24,000 nt of DNA, from the NCBI GenBank assembly GCA_002011075.2, contig MTMA02000006.1:332860-356859 (forward strand). The letters run 5' to 3'. A model generated the notes under the pieces. The model did not search any database. It was not told the origin of the DNA and saw only the letters and a list, made by a program, of their open reading frames with translations. The DNA is from Candidatus Scotarchaeum otlingeri (GTDB lineage: Archaea; Thermoproteota; Nitrososphaeria; Geothermarchaeales; JDFR-13). This document shows positions 8,544 through 17,165 of this stretch, piece after piece. The translations under genes and the position numbers were made by a program. How positions within the stretch are numbered: the first letter of the stretch is position 1; each line of letters starts with the position of its first letter.

Positions 8544-10012
8544 GTACGGTGAATACCGATAACCTCGAATTGATTGAGAGGTACGAAGTACATAGTAAGT
8601 GGCAAGTTAATAATGGGAATCAATATAATTTAAGAGCAAACATCGAGATATACGATTCATACGATTCCATGTATTATATCGTAAATGAACCCTTTTCATA
8701 TGATATCCAAAATAGAATAAGAGAAATTATATCGAAACTAGAGCGTTATATAGAATATAATAATAGTTATATAGAAGATCCTGTGCGATACCTGCTAAAT
8801 CTCTATAACAAGATGTATAAAGGAAGTGATAATTATGAAGAACTTAGAGAAGCCTTTAAATATTATGTAATTAAAGAAAGGGTGAGCTATGGGATTCTTT
8901 CATTTCCTCTTTCAGATATAAATGTAGAAGATATCTCATGCATAGGACCCGAAAATCGTATTAAGGTATGGCATAAGAAATACAATTACAAAGGATGGTT
9001 ATCGACGAATATCATGTTTAATCAGGAGGAGCTAGATAGAACAATAAGAAAATTGGCATATAGAACTGGAAAGTCAATCAGCATATTAAGGCCTACATTG
9101 GAATCCGTTCTTCCAGAAGGTTTCCGTTTAACAGCTACTTGGAGGAAAGAAATCTCGCCCTTGGGAAGCAGTTTTACTATTAGAAAATTTCGGTCCGAGC
9201 CATATACAATGACAGAATTAATCAACTATGGTACTATCGACACATTTACGGCTGCTTATCTTTGGATGATGACAGAACTCAAAAAATTTATCGTTATCAT
9301 AGGACCTTCAAGTACTGGGAAAACAACTCTTGTAAATGCATTAGCATACCTTGTACCACCAAACTCTAAAATAGTAACCATAGAAGACATTAGAGAACTA
9401 AATTTATCTTATCACAATAATTGGAAGCCTCTAACTACCCGTCCATTACATAACGACGATACTATAAATATATTCGACTTGGTAAAGCTTTCTCTTCGGG
9501 AAAGGGCGGATTTACTCATATTAGGCGAGTCAAGAGGTGAAGAAGCCCGTCTGATATGCCAAGCAGCGGCTACTGGGCACGGATGTCTAACAACATTTCA
9601 CGCTGAAACTATTAGTGGATTATTGGCTAGACTAAGAAGTTACCCCATTAACGTAGATGATAGTATGTTACTCCTAATCGATACGGTTGTAATTATGCAA
9701 AGAGAAAACAATAGAACAAGAAGGATTTATAAAGTGGCTGAGAATCACAATCTGAAGTGGGAAACGATCTCAAAATATATCGGCAATGGAAAATGGATAC
9801 ATTATTCTGATAATATTAAAAACATCTGTGGGTCGAATGATAATATAAATAATATTCACATGCTAATGCACGAGTTAGATAAAAGAAGGAAATTTCTACA
9901 TTATCTCGTGAAACTAAAGATACTTTCACCACTGGAATTTTCTTATAGAATCAAAATGTTCTACGCCGGAGTGTATAAATATGAAAATGGTAGATGGATC
10001 CTTAAAGCATAA
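8540..10012 (+). CDS. Type IV pilus assembly ATPase (FlaI/VirB11/PilB superfamily)
   Basis: Walker A GPSSTGKTTLVNAL, Walker B/Asp-box region ADLLILGESRGEEA, His box LTTFHAE, and the FlaI-like N-terminal motif YYIVNEP. The GTG start overlaps the upstream TGA stop (GTGA). Confidence 0.85.
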   Translation: MSTVNTDNLELIERYEVHSKWQVNNGNQYNLRANIEIYDSYDSMYYIVNEPFSYDIQNRIREIISKLERYIEYNNSYIEDPVRYLLNLYNKMYKGSDNYEELREAFKYYVIKERVSYGILSFPLSDINVEDISCIGPENRIKVWHKKYNYKGWLSTNIMFNQEELDRTIRKLAYRTGKSISILRPTLESVLPEGFRLTATWRKEISPLGSSFTIRKFRSEPYTMTELINYGTIDTFTAAYLWMMTELKKFIVIIGPSSTGKTTLVNALAYLVPPNSKIVTIEDIRELNLSYHNNWKPLTTRPLHNDDTINIFDLVKLSLRERADLLILGESRGEEARLICQAAATGHGCLTTFHAETISGLLARLRSYPINVDDSMLLLIDTVVIMQRENNRTRRIYKVAENHNLKWETISKYIGNGKWIHYSDNIKNICGSNDNINNIHMLMHELDKRRKFLHYLVKLKILSPLEFSYRIKMFYAGVYKYENGRWILKA

Positions 10013-11690
10013 ACTCTATACATATGGCAATAGGATAACCACCCGTTTCATAAATAAACTTGATGAACTGTATATTAAGCATAGTCAAGGCCCCATAATG
10101 TTCTTAATTAAAGTTCTAGTAAAATTTATCTCAATGGATCCTACTAAAGCGAGACTAAGATATAAGAAGACTCGACTCGCATTTATAATGCTATTGTTCT
10201 ATTTAATAATACCTCCTACGTTTATCTCTTTTTTGTATTTTATTCTAGAAGGCCTGAAATCCCTATACTTCGCAATATCCATAGTTCTGCTGAGCTGCCT
10301 TCTACCGATCCTATTCATAAATCTATTTATAGGAATCAAGATATACGAGAGTAAAAGAGGAATAGAGCGTGAAATATTATTCTTCAATCTCATAGTGTGT
10401 ATATATTCAGGGCTAAATAGGCTAGAAAGTGGTTTTAAGGTTATAGCAAACGAATTGAATGATATTCTAAAATTTATATCAAAAGAGATAAAGGGATGGT
10501 TAATCTATTCTCGTATACATAATGAGGATATTGATTATTCAGCTTCTAAGATGATAAAAACTGCTCCATCCGAAAAATTCTCCGCACTAATCAATCAATA
10601 TATCGAGTTCAAATATACCGGCGGCGATGTTAATAGGCTCTTCAATGATAAATTATACCAAATCATAAACGAAATTAAAGCCACATGGAGATATAGGCTA
10701 AATAACATATCTTCTTACATTGAAATACTTCTTATAATATATGGCTTAGTGCCGATATTATTCTCAATGTTATCTTTTATATTTGATATTAGTGTTTTGC
10801 ATAAATTTGTTTATATAATGGCGATTCTATTCATCTCTATCGGTCTAATAATCTATATTATATTGGACAACTACCAGTTTTTTATACCCGACCTCTCTTT
10901 ATATGTAACTCCTAAACATGTTACTTATATTCTAATTATGGAGCTAGTATTGGTTATATTCCTAATATTCACTACCAAGATTAACATATATGCTTTCTAT
11001 TCTGCGGTTCCACTAACTGTTTTTATTCCTCTCTCGATAATCGGTTACGTCACAAAAAAGGGGGTTAGTGAGGAAGAATCGGATCTATCAATATTTATGG
11101 ACTCAGCAGAGGAATGGCTTAGGCATGGATATACAATAGAAGATATAATTAATCGAGTTGATGTGACTAATTATAAATATCGGTTTAGAACAATAATACT
11201 GAAATTAAAAGAACTTCTAAACTTAGGATTTGATCCACGCGAAGCTATAAAGCAGCTGCCGATCTTATCGGGTGTGGTATATCTCTCATTTAGAATTATA
11301 GGGGAGATTATGGAAGTGGGCGGTGGACTAAATGAAGTAACTAAGCTAAGAACGGTCCTAGATGAATATATCTTCCTGAAAAAGAAAAGTTATGAAGCAT
11401 CCATGCTTCCACTAATAGTATCCGGGTTCCTACCTATCGTTGGATTATTTGGAATATCAGTTAACAGCGGACTTATATCGATGATTGCAACAGCTTCAAT
11501 ATATACACTAGGATTAAGCCCTGTAGCACTAAGATTCATAATTGATAGCAGCATATTTCTTCTAATAATGGGTGCATTAATATCATCTATACTTGTAGCT
11601 AAAATGGTAAATGGTACCGTACGATATCCTCAATATGCATTAGTACCACTAATATCAACAGTTATTGGAACACTAATAATACCTCTGTAG
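9981..11690 (+). CDS. Type IV pilus platform membrane protein (FlaJ/TadC family)
   Basis: A 569-aa polytopic membrane protein placed immediately after the ATPase and overlapping it by 32 nt. It has two blocks of TM helices separated by soluble helical domains, as in FlaJ/TadC/UpsF-type proteins. Confidence 0.7.
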   Translation: MKMVDGSLKHKLYTYGNRITTRFINKLDELYIKHSQGPIMFLIKVLVKFISMDPTKARLRYKKTRLAFIMLLFYLIIPPTFISFLYFILEGLKSLYFAISIVLLSCLLPILFINLFIGIKIYESKRGIEREILFFNLIVCIYSGLNRLESGFKVIANELNDILKFISKEIKGWLIYSRIHNEDIDYSASKMIKTAPSEKFSALINQYIEFKYTGGDVNRLFNDKLYQIINEIKATWRYRLNNISSYIEILLIIYGLVPILFSMLSFIFDISVLHKFVYIMAILFISIGLIIYIILDNYQFFIPDLSLYVTPKHVTYILIMELVLVIFLIFTTKINIYAFYSAVPLTVFIPLSIIGYVTKKGVSEEESDLSIFMDSAEEWLRHGYTIEDIINRVDVTNYKYRFRTIILKLKELLNLGFDPREAIKQLPILSGVVYLSFRIIGEIMEVGGGLNEVTKLRTVLDEYIFLKKKSYEASMLPLIVSGFLPIVGLFGISVNSGLISMIATASIYTLGLSPVALRFIIDSSIFLLIMGALISSILVAKMVNGTVRYPQYALVPLISTVIGTLIIPL

Positions 11691-11705
11691 TCCAATAATA
11701 TTAAT

Positions 11706-12164
11706 GTGAAGGGAAGTTACGTCCTATTATTATGGATAGATAAAGACAGAAAAATTAAGTTCGGAAAAAACCACAATGCATATTTCAAAGAAGGAATATA
11801 TGCATATGTAGGGTCAGCATTAAATAACTTATATAAACGTCTAAATAGACATTTTACCTATAGAAAAAAACTGAGGTGGCATATAGACTACATTATTCCA
11901 TATTCAAAAATACTGGGAGCCATAGTAATTGAATCCCCTGAAAAACTAGAGAGCATAATAGCCAATCACCTGGCCCTATACTATGAATATATACCTAAAT
12001 TCGGCGCAACAGATACCAACGATCCAAGTCACCTATTTTATATAGGTAAATCATATGATGCATTATTTGATTATATATACGAATTGAAGGACAAACATTC
12101 CATCATGAAAATTTTCTGGATCGTTAATCCAAAAAATAATCTTGGTGCGGCCGGGGGGATTTGA
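11706..12164 (+). CDS. DUF123 / GIY-YIG (Uri) superfamily endonuclease-like protein
   Basis: GIYAYVGSALNNLYKRLNRHFTYRKKLRWHIDYI matches the DUF123 signature (GxYxYVGSA...RxxRH...WHIDY). GTG start. The last ~19 nt of the ORF read through the 3' end of the opposite-strand tRNA. Confidence 0.75.
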   Translation: MKGSYVLLLWIDKDRKIKFGKNHNAYFKEGIYAYVGSALNNLYKRLNRHFTYRKKLRWHIDYIIPYSKILGAIVIESPEKLESIIANHLALYYEYIPKFGATDTNDPSHLFYIGKSYDALFDYIYELKDKHSIMKIFWIVNPKNNLGAAGGI

Positions 12165-12253
12165 ACCCCCGATCCCCGGCTCTCCACTCAGTGAATCCGC
12201 AGGCCGGTGCCTATAGGAAACCCTCTTTTTTATCCTGGCTGGGCCACGGCCGC
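12146..12253 (-). tRNA. tRNA-Arg (anticodon GCG) with a 15-nt canonical intron and a probable ~19-nt second insertion in the D-arm. Genomically encoded CCA at 12143-12145.
   Basis: The reverse complement reads GCGGCCG-TG-GCCC-AGCCAGGAT[AAAAAAGAGGGTTTCCTAT]AGGC-A-CCGGC-CTGCGG[ATTCACTGAGTGGAG]A-GCCGG-GGATC-GGGGG-TTCAAAT-CCCCC-CGGCCGC-A-CCA. Acceptor stem (7 bp), anticodon stem (5 bp) and T arm are all perfect. Removing 15 + 19 nt from the 108-nt gene gives a 74-nt mature tRNA. Confidence 0.8.
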
Positions 12254-12314
12254 ACTCCTAAATTAATAATTTCATAATAATTTATAATTTAAGTTTCAGG
12301 TTTCACGTAGAAAT

Positions 12315-13910
12315 TTATTTACGTAGAACTTTTCTAATTTTCGATATTACATTATCAACTCCTATATCCTCGATTAGTGGACCTAACCTTGGACCTTTGT
12401 CTTGGCCGAGAATTATTTGATATAGTATCATAAAGAACCTTCTAGGTGAGATATTATATTTTCGAGATACTCTAAATATTTCTGTTTGGATCTCCTCACC
12501 TTTATCTAATCCAGATATTCTACTTATCAGCTCATCCAATGCCTTTTTCTCTATGTCACTGATGTCTATATCAATCCTCGCTGCTGGGGGCTTACCGATG
12601 TCACGAATCCAGTTAACGGCATATTCTATAACTTTTTCTATATCTCCATTGCCAGAATAACCATATTTAATTAATCTTTTTGATACAAACTCTTTTTCAA
12701 TGCCTTCTGGAGCTACTGAGGCTAGTGAAAGAACCAATGTATATGGAACTTTAACTTTCGGAATTTCCCTTAATAGATGGCTATATTCTAACAAACCCTT
12801 TATTCTAGCCTCCTTAAGGGGATTCCCTAACTTTATTTTTCCATAATAAACTTCCCTATAGATATCCAACTCTCTCATCATATGTACAACTGTTTCATAT
12901 GATATCCTTCTTGTTCCCACAAATCTTTTCAGTAGATATAGTATTAGGCTTTCAGGCGCTCCATATTTTAACCACATTTGTGGTGTAAAAGTTCTACCAC
13001 GAGACTTAGAGATTTTTCGTCCAGAAACATCAAGAAACAATTCATATCTGACGTGTAGCGGATGTGGAAAACTAAGTATCTCCTCTGATATTCTATCATT
13101 TATTTTCACAGAATCAGCTATATCTTTCCCATATGCTTCAAATCGAATATCAAGATATTTCCATCTCGCGGCGAACTCTGCCTTCCAAGCCAGCTTACCA
13201 TCGGCCTTATCTATTTTTGCATATCCTTCATATCCACATCCGGAAAACCATTCTCCTTTGATCTCGGATCCAATACATCTGTATTTCACAGTTTCCTCCT
13301 TGGGATCAAAATATAGAGATACAGTCGTATATATCCTGCCACAATTTTTACATATGGCAAAATATGGGAGATATCTTAGAAACTTCTCTTGACCGGTCTC
13401 CTCATAAATTATCTCTCCAACCTTTTTAGCATTAATCAGTATCTCTTTAATGATATCCTTCATTAACCCCTTACTATAAACATGATATGCAGAATAATGC
13501 TTGTATTCTATTCCCACACTATCCAATGCTTCAAGAAGCAGCCCACTAGTATGTTTTCCAAATGACTCGTGACAACCGAATGGATCCGGTATTAATGAGA
13601 CAGGCTGTAATAAATATTGATTTAGTGTAGAAGGTAAGTCTACAGGTACACTTCGCAAGCCATCCATATCATCAGTAAACGCTATAGTTTCAGAATTATA
13701 CCCCATATCTCTGAGCCCTAATGTAACAGCATAAGCCCTGACAGCATCAGCCATACTTCCTACATGTGGAATTCCCGAGGCACCCAACCCACTTTCGGTC
13801 CTTATCAAAGACAGATCTCTACCAAGCGACTTTTCTCTTTTGATTAGCTCATCAGCTATCTTATCGATCCACGTCCCTCTCCCAATTATTTTAGTATTCT
13901 TTTCCCTCAT
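12315..13910 (-). CDS. lysS: Lysyl-tRNA synthetase, class I (archaeal type)
   Basis: HIGH-like motif SGIPHVGSMADAVRA, KMSKS-like motif GRKISKSRG, and a Cys-containing insertion (CKNCGRIY...RCIGSE...SGCGYEG). The length of 531 aa is typical of class I LysRS. Confidence 0.9.
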   Translation of the reverse strand: MREKNTKIIGRGTWIDKIADELIKREKSLGRDLSLIRTESGLGASGIPHVGSMADAVRAYAVTLGLRDMGYNSETIAFTDDMDGLRSVPVDLPSTLNQYLLQPVSLIPDPFGCHESFGKHTSGLLLEALDSVGIEYKHYSAYHVYSKGLMKDIIKEILINAKKVGEIIYEETGQEKFLRYLPYFAICKNCGRIYTTVSLYFDPKEETVKYRCIGSEIKGEWFSGCGYEGYAKIDKADGKLAWKAEFAARWKYLDIRFEAYGKDIADSVKINDRISEEILSFPHPLHVRYELFLDVSGRKISKSRGRTFTPQMWLKYGAPESLILYLLKRFVGTRRISYETVVHMMRELDIYREVYYGKIKLGNPLKEARIKGLLEYSHLLREIPKVKVPYTLVLSLASVAPEGIEKEFVSKRLIKYGYSGNGDIEKVIEYAVNWIRDIGKPPAARIDIDISDIEKKALDELISRISGLDKGEEIQTEIFRVSRKYNISPRRFFMILYQIILGQDKGPRLGPLIEDIGVDNVISKIRKVLRK

Positions 13911-13952
13911 ATTGATCAGCTACCTATCAAGATATCCATAAATGAAATATAT

Positions 13953-14564
13953 CTATATTAAACTTAGCAATATGGCATATGCGCCTCTTCTCGCTTTAAC
14001 ATAGTTTTCGGCGCCAACTATAGTGAGTATATCACCCTCGATAAAGCTTAACTTATTTATCAGAATTTTATTAAATTCCGGATTTCTCTTAGACAATTCT
14101 TCCTTGGAATCCGGGAAAATCAAACGATTATCCACAAACTGCAATATTACTGCTGCACGCGCACCGGCCAATAAAGCGGTATCTCTGTACTCAACTCCGC
14201 TACCAACATCATGAACGCCCCCCCTAATATGGATAAAATATTCATACTCTCCCAATCTAAAGGGAGTAGTAATATCTCCTTCTTCAACTATTTTACTAAT
14301 TAAGTACTCAAAAATCATATAACCCTCCTTAGTCAACCTATGTCCCCTTTCCCCTCGAGAGAGAACATTTGAATTTCGCAGATGCCTCAATATTGTCCTA
14401 GTTGTCGCTTCACCCAATCCAACTTCCTTAGTTAATCTATACCTTCCCACTTCGTCCTTATCAATTATCTTAATTAAAGCAACAATATCCCCTAAGTTTA
14501 TATTAAGATGTAGACATATTTCCCTAAATTTATCTAAATACTTAATGAAAACTTTTCTGTCCAT
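13953..14564 (-). CDS. Putative winged-HTH transcriptional regulator (DUF4443-like C-terminal domain)
   Basis: wHTH-like segment RYRLTKEVGLGEATTRTILRHLRNSNVLSRGERGHRLTKEG. It lies 42 nt upstream of lysS on the same strand. The family name is from memory only. Confidence 0.4.
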   Translation of the reverse strand: MDRKVFIKYLDKFREICLHLNINLGDIVALIKIIDKDEVGRYRLTKEVGLGEATTRTILRHLRNSNVLSRGERGHRLTKEGYMIFEYLISKIVEEGDITTPFRLGEYEYFIHIRGGVHDVGSGVEYRDTALLAGARAAVILQFVDNRLIFPDSKEELSKRNPEFNKILINKLSFIEGDILTIVGAENYVKARRGAYAILLSLI

Positions 14565-14767
14565 TCCAGCCCTCTTTTCGCGACATTAATTCTACTTTAA
14601 ACAGATATATAAATAGATACGGTATTTTATTTAATCTTAACGCTCAAATTACCTATTATAGTTATATGTAGAGTACATTATGTTAGATATAAAGTATATC
14701 GACTGTGATATATCGGATGCTAACCACATACATAAATCTCATCTTATATCAAATCCATTCTGAATAT

Positions 14768-16222
14768 TTAATATGCCTTCGCTAGATAAGTAATATGGTC
14801 TGCCTCTTGTCCACAAACTACACAATATCTCGCATTTTCCCTTTCCATGAGAGAATATCCACGGGTTTCGTACCCTAAAGTCTCGCTTTTCAATTCATCT
14901 GCACATGCTTTTCGACCGCAGAAGCCAACCTTTATAATTGGCTTACCCTCATCAACATACCTTAATACTTCTCCTAGACTCTCTGCATAGACAATAGATT
15001 TGTTTAGGCCGTCAACAGCTCTCGCCCTCAATGTTTTTATGATATCTTTCCTGAACTCCTCTATAGTCTCCATAATTTCATCGGAACTAATAACATATTT
15101 TTTTCTTAGATCTCTTCTAAATATGGTTATCTGATTATTATTAACTTCCCTAGGACCTATCTCTATACGTAAAGGCACGCCCTTCATATCATAATAGTAA
15201 TATTTTTCCCCGGGTGATTTTTCGCTGTAATCCACTATTACACGGTAGTCATTCTCCATTAGTTTTTCCTTTACCTTATCTATATATTTACGTAATTTAT
15301 CATCTGGATATTCCTTTTTGGGAATGGGTATTATGACTATCTGGATAGGGGCTATATCAAAAGGCAATATAAGGCCAAATTCATCCCCATGTATCAGTAT
15401 AAGAGCAGCCAATATCCTTGAGATGCCTATCCCAAAACAAGTCTGATGAGCATACTTAAAACTTTCATCTTCATCTTGATATTTAATTTCAAATGCTTTA
15501 GCGAAGTTTGTGCCTAGATAATGGGTTGTCCCTATCTGGAGAACTCTACCGTCTGGAAGTAGGCAGTCGAAAGCAAATGAATAATCGGCACCAGCAAATT
15601 TGTCATAATCCTCTCTCTTTAAATGTAAGAAAGGTATACCCAAGGAATCCTTAACAACCTTATTGAATATCGCTACATCCTCTTCTATCTGTCTCTCGGC
15701 ACCGGATATATCTCTAAATACGTCATGAGTCTCTATCCATAAAAACTCTCTTCCTCTTAGGAGTGGCCTTGTAGCTTTAGTTTCATATCTATAAACAGTT
15801 ACAGACTGATAAAGCTTGAATGGTAGATCTTTATAGCTTTTTATCCATAAGCTATACAACGGATATATCGCAGTCTCACTAGTGGGCCTTAAAGCTAGCT
15901 TCTCTTCTAGGGGATTAAATCCTGAATGGGTCACCCAGAAAACTTGGCCCTCAAATCCCTTAATATGTCGCGCCTCTTTTCTTAACATTTTCTCAGGAAT
16001 TACCAATGGGAATAAAGCAGGTCTATGTCCATTATCTTCAAGCTCCTTTTTGAACATGTCTAAGAAATTATTTATTATTTCCATAGCATAAGGTCTATAC
16101 ACAATAAATCCTTTTACACCATATCTAATATCTATAAGCTCTGCTCTCGCTAATACTTCATCATACCATTTACTCATATTAGTGGTCTTTTCAGGTAAAC
16201 TAGGCTCTACCTCCATGACCAT
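14768..16222 (-). CDS. proS: Prolyl-tRNA synthetase (archaeal/eukaryotic type)
   Basis: N-terminus ...NMSKWYDEVLARAELIDIRYGVKGFIVYRPYA, class II motifs (LRPTSET, FLWIETH, GIGISRILAA), and a C-terminal zinc-binding-like domain ending ...YLAKAY (conserved terminal Tyr). ATG at 16222 is preferred over TTG at 16228, because a TATA-like TTTAGAAATA lies ~24 nt upstream. Confidence 0.9.
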   Translation of the reverse strand: MVMEVEPSLPEKTTNMSKWYDEVLARAELIDIRYGVKGFIVYRPYAMEIINNFLDMFKKELEDNGHRPALFPLVIPEKMLRKEARHIKGFEGQVFWVTHSGFNPLEEKLALRPTSETAIYPLYSLWIKSYKDLPFKLYQSVTVYRYETKATRPLLRGREFLWIETHDVFRDISGAERQIEEDVAIFNKVVKDSLGIPFLHLKREDYDKFAGADYSFAFDCLLPDGRVLQIGTTHYLGTNFAKAFEIKYQDEDESFKYAHQTCFGIGISRILAALILIHGDEFGLILPFDIAPIQIVIIPIPKKEYPDDKLRKYIDKVKEKLMENDYRVIVDYSEKSPGEKYYYYDMKGVPLRIEIGPREVNNNQITIFRRDLRKKYVISSDEIMETIEEFRKDIIKTLRARAVDGLNKSIVYAESLGEVLRYVDEGKPIIKVGFCGRKACADELKSETLGYETRGYSLMERENARYCVVCGQEADHITYLAKAY

Positions 16223-16290
16223 CCCCAACCCGTCTAACTATTTCTAAATATGAGTTGTTATATATATTCATTGGTGTAATGGTGGAACCT

Positions 16291-17163
16291 ATGAGAATTA
16301 TTGAGGTAACCGAAGATTTAATCAAAAAAACCATACCCCCTCGTAAGTCAACATCACACAAAGGCGAAAACGGAAGAGCATTGGTTGTCGGAGGAAGCTA
16401 TATGTATCATGGAGCTCCACTATTATCCTCACTTGCGGCGTTTAGAACAGGAATCGACTTGGTATATATAGCAGTGCCGAAGCCTCTGAGTATACCAATT
16501 AGAGCATACTCGCCTGACTTAATTGTAATACCCTTACCAGACTTAAAGATAACATCTGGAGTGTCAACAAAAATATTGAAGATCATAGATAGAGGAAAGA
16601 TAGCTGTTGATGCTGTGCTTCTGGGACCTGGATTGACAGGTATTAAGAAGGAAATAGGAATATTAGCATACAAGCTACACACTAAAGGGATTAAACTGGT
16701 ACTAGATGCTGGCGCTTTATACCCAGATATTATAGATAAAGTTAAAGGCACGGGGTCTATAATCACACCTCATGCAGGGGAATTTTATAGAATATTCGGC
16801 GAAAAAATAGAGAATTATGATAAGTCTAGGCTTGAGACTGTATATAATTATGCTAAGGAATATGGAGTGACAATATTATTAAAAGGAAAAATAGATGTGA
16901 TATCCGATGGCGGCGCCATATATATTAATAAGACTGGAAATGCAGGTATGACTGTGGGTGGAACTGGCGACATACTTGCAGGCATCGCACTGGGTTTTCT
17001 AGCTAAGGGGCTATCGCCTATTGAGGCTGCTTTTGTGGCGGCATATATTAACGGTAAATGCGGTGAAAAACTATTTGTAAATAAGGGTTTACATTATACA
17101 GCAAGTGACTTTATAAGCGAATTACCCTCTATATTGAGACAATTTGACAAGATTATTGATTGA
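16291..17163 (+). CDS. nnrD: NAD(P)H-hydrate dehydratase (YjeF C-terminal / carbohydrate kinase family)
   Basis: HKGENGRALVVGGSYMYHGAPLLSSLAAFRTGIDLVYIAVP, TPHAGEF, and GGTGDILAGI are the hallmark motifs. Start chosen at MRIIEV (16291), ~28 nt downstream of TTATATATAT. The longest ORF starts at 16255 (TTG). Confidence 0.8.
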   Translation: MRIIEVTEDLIKKTIPPRKSTSHKGENGRALVVGGSYMYHGAPLLSSLAAFRTGIDLVYIAVPKPLSIPIRAYSPDLIVIPLPDLKITSGVSTKILKIIDRGKIAVDAVLLGPGLTGIKKEIGILAYKLHTKGIKLVLDAGALYPDIIDKVKGTGSIITPHAGEFYRIFGEKIENYDKSRLETVYNYAKEYGVTILLKGKIDVISDGGAIYINKTGNAGMTVGGTGDILAGIALGFLAKGLSPIEAAFVAAYINGKCGEKLFVNKGLHYTASDFISELPSILRQFDKIID

Positions 17164-17165
17164 TT

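Noticed and set aside
5548-11690. Whether the pilus locus is an archaellum (fla/arl) operon.
   Set aside because: No FlaH (KaiC-like ATPase) or FlaX/FlaCDE genes are present, and no archaellin-sized (about 200-300 aa) filament proteins. Only the ATPase and platform core shared by all archaeal T4P-like systems is present.
11706-12314. tRNA-Arg as the attachment site of an integrated element carrying the pilus operon.
   Set aside because: The window contains no integrase or recombinase gene. I could find no second partial copy of the tRNA 3' half (such as GGGGGATTTGAACCCCC) that would mark the other att site.
14680-14763. A 27-codon ORF (MLDIKYIDCDISDANHIHKSHLISNPF) and the TATATCG direct repeats in the 203-nt gap downstream of proS.
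   Set aside because: There is no ribosome-binding or promoter context that I could support, and no recognisable peptide family. The repeats are short (7 nt). The region is more simply explained as the proS terminator plus the promoter of the wHTH gene.
1-16222. Clustering of three aaRS genes (argS, lysS, proS) with tRNA-Arg as a possible functional unit.
   Set aside because: The genes are on different strands and separated by unrelated genes, and tRNA-Arg is 12 kb from argS. Chance co-location of housekeeping genes explains this adequately.
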